In this document: positions 46,401 through 58,700 of the stretch, piece after piece
How the letters are laid out: every line of letters begins with the position of its first letter
Numbering within the stretch: the first letter of the stretch is position 1
Program-made: the position numbers and the translations under genes
Source: Pavona decussata
Lineage: Eukaryota
DNA length: 64,000 nucleotides
Reading direction: 5' to 3'
NCBI GenBank assembly: GCA_977016875.1
Contig: CDRNST010000104.1
Coordinates: 4,836,001 to 4,900,000, forward strand
Notes under the pieces: model-generated
Database searches by the model: none
What the model saw: only the letters and a program-made list of their open reading frames with translations
What the model was told of the DNA's origin: nothing

Positions 46401-47674
46401 CAGTTACCTTGGCGGGATTTCCAAATATTTCATCCTCCATGTCTTCATCATCATCCTCTAAAATAGAACCATTTCTGGAAAAAAGAACAGAAAATTATTC
46501 CCACTTCTTACTGGCAACAGGTTCCCTTCAAAATGTTAAAATTTAGCTGAAAGTAAGCTCCAGAGGACAACAAAGGATACTGGATTAGCAAGTTTATCCA
46601 CTTTTGTTGTTCCTGTTCTCTATGTAGCGTATCAGAACAATTTAGGAGATTAAGCATGGGCCCTTCTGCATACAAATCCTGTAACGCTGAAACGGTGCTT
46701 GTTTGGTTTGCAGTAAAATTTGACAAAATTGCCCAACATTTTTCTCATACTTTGCAGCTGTCTCGTCAAAATAAAAATAACGGTTGCAGATTTTTGAAAT
46801 AACCGGATACATTTCTATGAAAGTTACAACGTACTATAGTTTCCTAATTTGGACAAAGGTTACATAATAACTGGAAACTGATTGATTACCAAAACTAACT
46901 AATTAGAACCTGATGATCCTTCAAAAGGCAAGCCACAGAAGCCCTCAAAGGTTGTTTATCATGAAACGTATGGGAAATCAACAAAAGCAAGAAGTTTAAG
47001 ACATTCAGCATCATAAAATTGGTGCTTTATACAAACTACATGTAGTTGGTATAACACCACAGACAATTTGAGTTCTATTTTTTTTTTTTTTTGTCTTAGA
47101 AATTAAGTGGACAATACTGAGAAATTGCCAGTTTACATCGTTTCAAAAAGAAAACAATTCAGACTTCTCACCTTCCTTCGCCATTTCGAGTTCTCTTTGC
47201 ACCGATGGCCGCAGCGTCCGGAGTGAAAGGATTTATGTTTGCTGCGACTTGCCGAGATCGCGGCCCCATTCGAGGTTCGCTTTCAAATCCGCGGCCTTTC
47301 AGTAAACCACGGCGCAATCTTGAAACAGGCCTCTTGAAATCTATCGTTCGATTCACTGCTGACGAGCGCTCAAGCAGACTTTTCGGCGTTTGTGGCGAGT
47401 CAAACAGACGTAGGGCTCCGAGCGAAGGTGGCGAAAGAGGTGGGGTGGTTGGACTGCTAACTTCGCTTTTTACTGGCGATTCATCCGACATAGAATCTTT
47501 AAAAGGACTCGAAAAGCCAAGATCCCAACCTTCGTCTGTAAATTCAGGCGACATTGGTTCGACAAGCCGAGACAAACTATCTTTCCCTTTGCTGACATTC
47601 AGCTCCGTCGAAGATCTGTCCGTTTCTTCCAAAACGAATGGAAGCTTTCCCATGCGACTTCTAATGAAAGCCAT
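37432..47674 (-). CDS. WEE1: Wee1-like CDK1 tyrosine kinase; about 15 exons (47172-47674, 46408-46474, 45532-45643, ~44510-44566, ~44259-44381, ~42973-43067, ~42807-42857, 41910-42026, ~41130-41216, ~40875-40937, ~40192-40241, ~40003-40060, ~39474-39563, ~37713-37768, 37432-~37564)
   Basis: Wee-box NINPFTP; [83 protein letters not shown]; HMDIKPGNIF; [11 protein letters not shown]; EEGDCRFL; KADIFALAL; ELNAEKFKN; [13 protein letters not shown]. Confidence 0.95.
37810..38993. mobile_element. hAT-like non-autonomous element with apparent 5-bp TSD
   Basis: CAGGGCTC ... GAGCCCTG termini, repeated TAGGCGC subterminal motifs, CAATG on both flanks. A minus-strand [12 protein letters not shown] remnant resembles a transposase N-terminus. 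Confidence 0.72.
42193..42580. repeat. Degraded MITE with TCGA(C/T) subrepeats
   Basis: TGGGATCA ... TGATCCCA inverted ends, with many GTCGA/TCGAT/TCAAC units. Confidence 0.45.
44773..45375. mobile_element. TTAA-flanked MITE (Kolobok-like, second family)
   Basis: TTAAAGTGCCTA[CATGTA]TGAAGTGAAAATTG / CAATTTTCGCCTCATAGGCACTTTAA, with long imperfect inverted arms. Confidence 0.8.
45873..45929. mobile_element. 57-bp hairpin TACCC..GGGTA element with perfect 9-bp TSD
   Basis: TACCCTGAGAGCGGAGATCCCTTT / AAAGGGATCTCTGCTTGCAGGGTA; TSD CAACCAAGT. Confidence 0.85.
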
Positions 47675-47858
47675 CGAACCGAGCTCTTGCAGAATGATCT
47701 TTGTACGTTTTGAGAACTATTTCGGCTGCAAATCTGCAATAAAACCTGAGCAAAATGCCACTAAAATCCAAGGACAATCGAGAGAACGAAGGAGTGTTGA
47801 TGAAATGTGCAAAAACTTGCAACGGTGCGGTGAAACAAACACAAAATGTTTGAGCCAG

Positions 47859-47905
47859 CCAATGAGAAGCTTCCAACTCACGTGACCTACTAATTTGGCG
47901 GGAAA
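47859..47905 (-). promoter_or_regulatory. Wee1 proximal promoter motif cluster: CCAAT box, E-box, E2F site
   Basis: CCAAT at 47859-47863, CACGTG at 47879-47884 (TCACGTGAC) and TTTGGCGGGAAA at 47894-47905, 185-230 bp upstream of the ATG. Confidence 0.7.
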
Positions 47906-49702
47906 CTGTCAATAGCGTTCTCACCCTCCCCTGCTGTGTAAAGCGGTGTAACGGAGTCATTACCCAGCAGGGGACTAGTGAGTGAATGTATTGTCAGAAA
48001 TACCGGAACTTTTTGTTATTGTCTAGTTTTAAGTCTACATCTACATTTATTTAGTCGGTAAAATCTATACAGATATCGCACCAACTATACTAAATATTAA
48101 AAAGAAAGGAACAGAAAGAACTATCAACAATGCATGCAATAAAATAATGACTAAAAAATGGTAAATTAAATAGAAAGTAAAAAGTCTAGCAATTCTTAAC
48201 TAATAAGCAGCTACTCGGTCGTTCGTCTAGAAACTAGAATACTACAAGTATAGTATATTTTGTCTCAAATTTTGTTTTACGTTTTTTGAGCTTACGAGTT
48301 CGATGGTTTTTGTAACTCGTTGCCCCCTCCAAAATTTCTTTCTTTTTTTTTTTTTTTTTTCAGAATTTTGCATTTTAGCTTTTTTATTTTATATCCATGT
48401 CATTTTTATCGTATATCATACCCAATAGAGGAACGTTATTTTCTCATAACAACACTAATTTTTCATAATAAATTTTAAGCGACAATACGAAACAATATAG
48501 AATATACAAATTGCAGTTATGTATACTTCTTGGCAAGGTGTAGTCTTGCCAAATTTAGAGTTTTGAAAACATATTTTTCATTTTCCAGAATCATACGTCA
48601 TTTTTTTATTCCATAGGCTTCTGTGTTATATAATATGAAAAAAATATGGTCGTTATTTGCCGAATTAAGATATAATTAAACACAAATTTAAAATAAAAAG
48701 CGAAACAGTTTTGAAGCCTTTTGATGGACCACATTTTACATAATCTTGCAAATGCTCCTTCCATTTTCGACTCAGCAAACACATCAGTCACTACCTATGG
48801 ACTGTATGGACTCAGTAACGCAAAATTAAATACGGAGATCTAGCGAATTTTTGAGAAGGTTTTCGATGAAATTTTGAGCCGCTTTTCGTGACCGAAGCAC
48901 GGGTTTCGTGATTCCAATAAGGTTCTGAATGACGCAAAATAGAGAAGAAAGGTGAAAAAAGAGAAAGAAGAGGGGGGAAAGACCACAACGTGACCTTTTG
49001 ATTTCACTCATTGACGACCTAGTGGAGTTTTGAACGACAAAAAACAATTTACGCCGTACTCTCAAAGAAGCATTATTTGAGCGGGTCTGTTTTCAAAAAT
49101 TCAGGTTTACATAGTTCTTTTCTTGTTTCCATCTGGAGAATCAGCTGGGGCCTGTGTAAAAAAAAAATGATAATGATCGCTAAAAAAAATCGATGACAAG
49201 AAGATTTTTTTTTTTTTTGCACAGTTTTGACTCTGGATAATTGGTAAAAGTCTTCCGATTGAAATTAAGTTATACTAAAAATTGTTATTGAGTTTGTGCT
49301 CAACAGAGGTATATAAACCCAAAAACTACAAGACGAAGCCTAGGATGCGTTTCTAAGATCATGTGAAAAGCCTTAAAACGGGTTTTTTCACAACAAGATA
49401 CGCTTGAGAAGGGATACATGTAAATTCTGGAGGTTTAACATCATCACGGCACAAATTTTTGCCCAATCCACAGTATATACCCACTAATTACTTTATGAAA
49501 ACATCCAAATGAAATAAATTAGCGAAATAATTCCTCCCAAATGCCATCACATTGTCGACCCGGCCGGAGGAACTGGGGACCAGTGACATGCCAAGAATTA
49601 TCCCTCCACCCAAACCAACCTACCAAGTTTACACCAAAGGGATTCGCGTCGAAACAAGGTTGCTTTCTGTTATCCACGCTCGCTTTTGTAGAATTGAGAG
49701 AT

Positions 49703-52700
49703 ATGGCTAAGCCTGGGGATGCCGACAAACAGTACAAGCTAGTTGTGGTAGGCGGTGGTGGAGTCGGCAAATCCGCGCTTACAATTCAGTTTATTCAGTC
49801 GCATTTCGTAAGTGACTATGACCCGACCATTGAAGACAGCTACAGAAAACAGTGTGTCATCGACGAAAGAGTCGCCCATCTAGACAGTAAGTGAGCGAGT
49901 TTTGTTGTTTTCGGTTAAACTGTAGAGAAACGGCGCTTAAATGTAAAACGCGAAAGTGTCGGTTGATCTGGGAGTGTCGGAGTTCTCTGTGCTCGAACCT
50001 AAAAGAGGTGTATCAAAAATGTACGGTCGTATATAACCGTACATTTCCAGCATTTTTTAGGGGAGAGTTGACCTGTATTTATAGGAACATTTGTATTATT
50101 GTGTTTCCTAGCATTCTACATTAATACAGAAGTATTTGGCATGGAGTATTTTAGCTGCAGGCTATGTGTAATGCCTAATACCACGGAAATGAAATCCTTG
50201 TCGTGATCGATCAGATCCATATTTTGGAAATAACATCAAATATGCTTGCCCGTCAATTGATCTGTACAGACCACAACAATATCTTTTTAATGGGAAATTA
50301 CAGCCTGATTGTGTACTTATTGAAGACCTACATTAACCACAAATCTTAACCGTCGTTTTGTCGATTAAAACAACAGAGGAAACGAAGATTGGTTGCTGAA
50401 ACTACGTTGTCTATTATTGCTGCATAGTTTCAGTAAATCCGTTCACTTACAACCAAAGCTGTTCTTGGCGTTTTAGCTGTGTAAAACAGTTTTTGATTAT
50501 CTTGAAGTAACACATCTTCGATGTGTCTGTTATACACTTTTCCTCTTTCGCTGATTCGTTTATAAGGGTGGCATCGATCAAAAGGAAAATGATCGCTGAA
50601 GAATAATTCTTATGTTGCATGTGAGTGCCGATTAGTCTCCCGTTTTACCTTATCACACCTATAAATAAAATCATTATATTTGACACAAAAGCATGAAATT
50701 GTAAAACCGTGGAAACACAATGAAATTTGATGTTCTAATAATATTATTGTCGTCAAACAAGCATCTTTTATGTCCCAAAAGGAAGAAACTTTCTTTGAGA
50801 ATATTCCATTTCATTTTAGGAATATTATTAATAAAATTATAGCAAATGAACTCGATGTCTTTTGTTTGATTCCAATTTGTCGCTTTCTTGCTTAAACGAA
50901 TTAGCTGAATGTAATGGTGAACAATGTCTTTATTTCAAATTATGAATCAAATAATTTTTAATTCACTTTTGATACTCAAAATATCTTTCTCCATCCTTTA
51001 TTACAAACAATATTTCGTTCTTACTTATTTAGTTCTACGTGTTTATAATTTATTTGTAACAATTATTTTTTTTTCATGAAAAGCCTAAAATTCTCATTGG
51101 TCGGTTCAGAATGTATATATTACCGGTCAATTTCTTGAGATATTTATCTTGTTTCTCAAGATATTTATCTTGTATTTAATATTTCCTGCACATTATTACT
51201 TGCACCTGCTAAGGAAGAATTTTAATTTTGTGTCCTATCAAAAAACATTTCTGAATGACTATTCTTACGGCCATTACATTTTTATAATGGCCTGTGAGTT
51301 TTCACCTGTGTGAGCCATTTGCCTGTTTAGTGTGCACTAGGTGTTCTAAGAAATAAAATTCACATCTAATTCAAAAGAAAACAAACCTGCAAAAGGTGTG
51401 GTGTTCATCATGTCTCAAGCATGGGACAAGAGTTCTCTGAGATGAACCCATGATCTCAAGTCATACAGTGATCAGATGCTCTAACCACTAAACTGACACT
51501 TAAAGGACAGTGCCTCCAAGTACAGACATATTTTTGCTTGTTTCATGACTATGCAGGGAAAGCAGATCTTAGCAAGGGCTACTGAAATCCAGAAAGAAAA
51601 TTAGGGGTAACCACATATTTTTCAGAGGTAATTATTAAATGACAATAATTCTAAAAAAGCTTTATAAACAAAACAATGTATGGCCGCCTTCTTTTCCAAA
51701 CTGAAGCTAAAAGTTATCTCTGAAAAATGCATGGTTACCCCCAGGCCCCAGTTGTTCAAAGGCCAAATAACTTTATCTGCTGGATAAGGCACTATTCAGG
51801 GTCTAAAATATACTTCACGTAAAACCTTTTCCAAGGTTTTCGTACACTCCCAAACTTAACTGTGGTAAGAGTGTGCATATTCGCTTGCACAAGAGGAAAT
51901 ACTGAAATCTTTGCACAGATTGGAACTGACGGATAGCGACTTATCCACTGGATAAAGTTATCCGGCCTTTGAACAACTGGACCCAGTTCAATTACTATTA
52001 TAGCCATTACTAAGATCTTCTTTTCCCTCATAGCCATAAACTGAACAAAAATACCTTGGAAATAGTAGGCTTGTTCCTTAAGAAATTAATGAGAGTTTCT
52101 CAGACCATCTTAAGATGCCAAGAACATATGCGCAATAGCAAAAGAAGGCACCATTCTTAAATTTATCTCATTTGTGATACATGTATTTTTTCAATCAGTG
52201 ACAGGCATACTCAGGAAAACAAAATCCTAGTGCTCCTATCAGGAGTCGAACCTAAGACCTTCCGATTACTAGTTTGGATGCTCTACCACTGAGCTACAGG
52301 AGACTCGTGGGAGCTAAGGCCATTAAACTAGGTTCATGTGACAAACAAACACATGTATAGTATTTCTGGGGTAACGTGACTTTTTTCGTTGAATCCTGTT
52401 CAATATACCTTGATGATTTGTTTCATCGTGAAAACAACTGGCTGTGACATAAAAACAAAGCTCTGGTTATATCTACAAAATACACTGCTAGTGCAACTGT
52501 TCTATTTCAGTGTGTGCAATGGCGTGTGCTGTCCAATTACATACAAATTAGGCATGACGCATACACTGTCCTATTAATTCTCAAATCATGGCTGCTTATA
52601 GCCAACCAGATTTGAGAATTTTGTCATAGTACTGTTATGATTAGTATTGTCACAACCCTCTTCCCGATATGCTATCTTTTTTATTTCTTATCTATATGGC

Positions 52701-55700
52701 ATTTATTTTTGTTAGATTAAACTTGTACTACATTAAGGTCAAGAACCTTCTGAATTAACTCTGTCTGATTGCAAACTGGCTGTTTTACCATGAGGGATCT
52801 AGAGTTATCATCAAAATGATGATGCCACACCTCTCTCTCCCCCCTGTAATGGGCTAAAGATATGGAAACATGTATTGAATGTTAATTGTTTCTGAGGGAA
52901 CATTACTTCTTTAATTGAATGCATAATAGCTTTGATTGTTATCCCTGCCGTAGTGATCTCATAAAATGCAACATGTGTAACTTGTGAGGTGAAATTTCAA
53001 GTTCATCGAGTTATGACTTGTAGCTGTCTTATTCAGCGTGTAGGGACTCCTTATCAGACCAAATGGCTAGGAAATGGTAAAAATGGAAAAATAGAAAGAA
53101 AAATAAGGAAACTGCAAACAGGTCATGCAAAGATGATGAGAACACAGTCAGCTGTAGATAAGATCTTTTTCAGCAGATGAAATTCCCCAGCAAATAGTGC
53201 TTGGCTTAGCTATACCTCTGTTGATACAAGTGGTTCCCAAAATTTTAACAGTTCCATAAATTCCCAGTATAGGCCCACAAAATCTCAATAATAAGTCCTT
53301 AAGCTGGTAGACTGTTTGCGTTAACTGTTTTTAGCGGTTAACTTAGTGTTTTAGGCTGTTTTTATCACCAGGCCCAGCCAATTTCTCTCCGATAATAACC
53401 TCTGTTATAAAGTTCTCCCTGAAAAAAAGGCAAGTTTTGAAAAGTCCCTTGAACGCTGGGATTGTATTCAGCATTTTAGAGTATTTCATTAGATTAATCA
53501 TTTTTTTTTTCTGATACATTATTATAAATTAATATTAATATTTCCCAAAAGCTGAGTCTTCATATTTATTTAATATTTATGTTTTTCTTACCCACAGTTC
53601 TTGATACAGCTGGCCAAGAGGTATGTTTGTTGTTTTTGTTGTTTTTTTAAATTCTAAATTTATTTGTTATACATGTATATCTAGATGAGAAAATATTCAA
53701 ATTTTATTTATTGCAGACCACAGTAATGTAACATAAAGTTTCGAGCTTGTCAAAACAAGAGAACCATTGTTGGTGAACTCCTCCCCTAAATGGACTCTTA
53801 GGCCCAGGTCAAACCTCGAAGTTCACATGTGGCTAACTTGTGTTGAAAAACTTCAATCATGAATCATCTTGAACTTGGCGTCGATTCAAATGCAGAGCAA
53901 AAATAAAATTTTAGGCCAGCAGAAGTTAAAAGAAAAGAAAATAATATAATAATTCTTATTTTTCTTTGTCTGAGTTGACTCATAAAAAGATTGACATTAG
54001 TTCTGAAGATGATCTTCAGGCATTCTGTCCGTCTAAAGTAGACAGATAAAACGTTTTGGTTGATCCAAACACAAAGGGGGTGGGGGAAGGATGTGTTGGC
54101 CCAGGCTAGGCAGAACCTGAAGTCTACCTCAGTAACTAATAAATTCTTATAATAAGCAGTTTCACTCCAAAGCAGTAATTCCCACCGAAATTCAAATCAA
54201 ATGTGGTTGAAACTTATATAATAATGTTATGCTCTTCCAGGAGGCAAAAGAAGAGGAGTGTTTCATGTTAATATGTTTTTGTTTTTGTTTTTGTTTTTTG
54301 TTTTTTTTGTTTTGTTTTTTTTTTTTTTTGAGAATCTTCCTGGTGCATCATTGATGAAAATGATTAAGAACATCATATTAATTTTTTTTCTGGATGAAAT
54401 TTTTTTAGTTAAATTCACTTCTTATTCCAATCCTTCTTTTTAGCATTATCCATTGTAAAACGCCATGAGGAAGTATTGATTTAGCACTATATAAGTATAT
54501 GTTTTTATTGTTATTGTTATCGCCTTTGTGTCATTGAATATTTAATTTAGTCAGCTATTTATTTCATTTTAGGAATTTAGTGCAATGAGAGAACAGTACA
54601 TGAGAAATGGTGAAGGATTTTTATTAGTTTTCTCCGTCATAGATCGTTCAAGGTTTGTAACAGCATTGCATTCATTCGCATCGTTGTCCTCTTTGTTTAT
54701 TGACATGACATCATGCATGTATAAAACCGTGCAAGTTTTTAAATCTGTGTTAATTCCTCTAACTTAACTTTGCAACTTAACTTTGCAGCTTTCAAGAAAT
54801 TCAGACCACATTTCACCCGCAGATTCTACGAGTTAAAGATAGGTATGCATTTTAGGGGCAGTCTTTAATTTCTATAAAACAAAAAAGAATAGAGAATTGC
54901 TGCTGTGGTTGTTTTGCCTTATGGTTCTGTTTATTTGTATCTGTTAGATTTCTACCTGTGGATTCTCAGATTGGTTACGAATGTTTGGTTTTATCAACAA
55001 AGTTTAGCGCTTGAATCTGGCCAAATTGCCTTGTTGATAAAACCAAGTATTTTTTCCTCTCCCCACCAGTGCAACACCACAGTTTCGTTAGGAAATAACC
55101 CCTACCTTTATCCTTAGATTGAAAGGCTCGGAGCATAACCAACCTATGTCAAATTTCAGATTGCTCTTTGTTGTTTTAGCTCAAATTCACCAGAGTTTTT
55201 GCATGTGGCTTTGAATTCCTTCAGGAAACATTGCTACAATTTTTTTCTGCTCCTTTGCTCTTCATTTGCAATAAATTAAAAACCAGGCTATGATTATGGG
55301 CAAAATTTCTGTTTTTATCACAAAACGTCAAGTGCAAAGCAGCAGAAAAAACAAATTGGAGCAATGTTTCCTGAAGGAATTCAAGGCCACATACTAAATT
55401 ACGGTGAATCTGAGCTGAAACAACAAAGAGCAATCTGAATTTCGACATAGGTCAGTTCTGCTCTGAACCCTTCAATTTCTTCTTCTTCATTATTGTCGTT
55501 GAATCACTTGGTTGCAGGTCAGAATTCCCCATGATGCTGGTTGGAAACAAATCTGATTTAGAACCAGAGAGAACAGTAAGTTATTGACAGTAGATTTCAA
55601 TCAACTCATTTATTTATTAATAATTTATACATGTATATTATTTTGTTAATTTTTATTTGATTTCTGTCATTGTTCACAGCACAAGGTGCCAATGGGCCAA

Positions 55701-58700
55701 GCATTAAACTTTACAAACAAATAAGTCAGTTTAATATTTCTGTGTGTTAAGTATTTAGCTAAAGAACTGGAAAAGATCTTAGAACTGTGTTGACTTGTTC
55801 AAAATTTAGATCCCTTTTAAGGACGGTGCTTACTAATACCGAAATATTTTTGCAAGGTTTATGGCTATGCAGGAAAAGCAGATCTTAGCAAGGGTTATTG
55901 GATTCAAAAAGAAAATGGGGGGAAACCATGCATATTTCCTCGCGAAGCGAGGGCCGAAGGCCCGAGCGTAGCAAGGTTAATAAATTTGTCGGGCCGAGCA
56001 GAGCTAAGCCGCGCGAATTCAAGCGAAAAATATATTTATATATATGTATGTATGTATATTTGTATATATATTTCGTTGAAGGTGTCCGCACTGGTGCCTA
56101 GCAACAGTAAAAACAAAGTATGAATGACGTCAGACTGTCTGGTGTCGTCTGGAGCAAAATTTGCATACATCAGGAAAGTTTGTGTGTCGGATTAAATTTC
56201 AACAATATTCACTGAATACAGAACTATCTCTCCCGAATCTTTTCCCTTTTTTCCAGAAATCTTTTTTGTGAAAGATTGCATTGAAGAAATTACACGTTTT
56301 GTGGCCGCGGTAAAATAATTTCCCGTGGGAAATAAATTCATTGAACACAACAGCGCTGCACGCCTGTTGTACATTTCGTCGCCTCAGAAATAGATTTTCA
56401 ACCACAAACTAGCCTGTGGAACTACGAAAAGACCATGCTCATCAAAATAGTTGCTATGTCCAGAAACCTTTTAATCTCCTCATTTGATGCTACAATATGA
56501 GTAAAGAGGTCTTTCCACCCAGCCCCAGCTTCGCGAGGTTTTGCGAGTCACGTATTTCTAGTTTAGAGATAATAATATTGAGCGACAATAATTCTAAAAA
56601 GCAACAAAATACAAAACAATTTAAATAAATTTTTTTCCAAATTGAAGCTTAATTATCTCTGAAAAATGCGTGGTTCCCCCTAATTTTCTTTTTGGATTCC
56701 AATAACCCTTGCCAAGATCTGCTTTTCCCGCGTAGTAACAAACGGCGCAAAATATCTCAGTTTTAGCAGGCACCACCAACAGAAACCAAACTTTCTCGGA
56801 CCATCATGAGATGCACAGAACCTATGTGAAGTAGCAAAAGAAGGGGCCATCCTTAAAAGCCCGCCAAAATATCTAGAAAGACGGAAGACTGAAAATGACA
56901 TTTTTAGTGTTTTGTTGATGAGATTTTTTTTCAGTGTTTGGTCTTGATGTACATATAAGTTGTATTGGGGTATAAAGTTTATTTTTCTTTCCTGTTTACC
57001 TTTTAGGTGTCGACTTCTGAGGGCCAGGAACTGGCAAATGCTTTTAAGGCAAGTAATGAAAGGGCACCGATTTGAAAACTGCTGAAGCTGTCACTGGGTT
57101 TAACATAAAACCAGGCTTACTAGTTTGGTCTGATCTATAATTGAAAACCATTCATGGGCAGGGATGAACCAACCAGCAAAAAAATTGGATGGAGTGGGAG
57201 TGCATTACAGCCACATTCTTTCTACCAGGGCCCAGTTCAAAGACAAGTATTATTAAGCTAATCATAGGTTTATGGAACTTTGATTCAAGTTTAATTATGA
57301 ATCAATAAACTGAGATTCTTCATGAAGATTTTTATACCTCAGATTCGACTAAGACTTTTCTAAAGTCAAAATTTAGAACGCTAAACCTTGTTTAACCTTT
57401 TAATCATGGATTAGCATTAATTGACTTTCAAACAACTGGCCCCAGGTGGCTCATTTTCCTGACTTATTCGCATAGCTAAACCACTCACAAGAGATTCTTC
57501 TGCATGATACCAAGAAATGAACTTCCAAGTTGTGTACTGTAGATTTCCATGCACTCAAGAGAAACAATAATTAATGTGAAGTGCAAGTTTGAAATGGCCA
57601 GCAAAACTTACACTGTTAATGGTATCAAAGAGAAACAAGTTTCTATAATATTTCAAGATAGCTAGAGGTTTTAGACTGAGACAGTTGGTATTCAAAGGAG
57701 TCTTCAAGAAAGACTGTTTCCAAAACATGCAGGGAATAGTGTTTGTTTTTGAATTTTTGTAAGTTCAGTGAAAAGCAGGGGTTCCCTCCAGGTTTTGGGA
57801 AGGGTGTGTACATTGGCAAGCTTGTGGTTGGTTGGAGTCAGTAGCAGACACATGATGGCAGTAACAGATTTATGCCAGGAAGGGCTAAGTAAGCCCAGGG
57901 GTCAGATTCACAAAGTCCTTCTTAGTTTTAAAAGATATATCCTAAGTATTGTTTCTAAACAATTGTCTATTGTTATGGTAACAAATGGCTGTGAATTTGG
58001 CTCCAGGGGCCCGTTTCTCGAAAGTCCCGGTAACTTACCGGGCCTGTTAAGTATATTTTTAAATGTTTTTTCGCCTATTACAGAACGATTACAGACATGG
58101 TACTTCGCCAATGTTTTCATAGAATTATAAGATTTTAAAATTTAGTATTCAAAGCTAACAAAAATTGACTTCTGTTAAGAAACATTTATCACTAAAGACA
58201 CTTATTGGGCCCGGTAAGTTACCGGGACTTTAGAGAAACGTGCCCCAGGCTCCTTACTTATTCTCAGGGAAAGTGAGGCCCCTTACTGAATTTTTTCTTC
58301 TGGCTGAAATGTTTTCCTTCAGTCCCAAGGGCCCCCATCCTACATGATATCATGGATCCACTACTGGGGGAATCGTCCATCTTTGGTTCGAGTACTGTAA
58401 CGAAGTTGAAACCATTATAATTACCGAGTCCAGAAGCTTTTGTTATTGACCCTGGCTAAAACAAGATGTTTTACTTGGGCAAGTGACAGATAGACTCTGC
58501 AAAAATCCAGTAACCCTGGGCTTGTGGGCTTCAATTAATTATTCTGTTTGCACACTGCAGTTTGGAGTGAGTATTTTATACCTTGTCAAGATGTGTCCAG
58601 AAATGCACGCTAATGAGATTCATGAACTGTTTGACAGATATCCATTAATTCTCACTAAAACACACTTAATTCTGTCAAACATGAAATCATGTATGAAAAC

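Noticed and set aside
47205-47885. 226-aa plus-strand ORF
   Set aside because: Antisense shadow of GC-rich Wee1 exon 1 and its 5'UTR; no recognisable domain.
49541-49702. In-frame upstream ATG giving Ras a 54-aa N-terminal extension
   Set aside because: Likely promoter/UTR sequence. ATG 49703 has good context and gives a normal-length protein, though the extension cannot be fully excluded.
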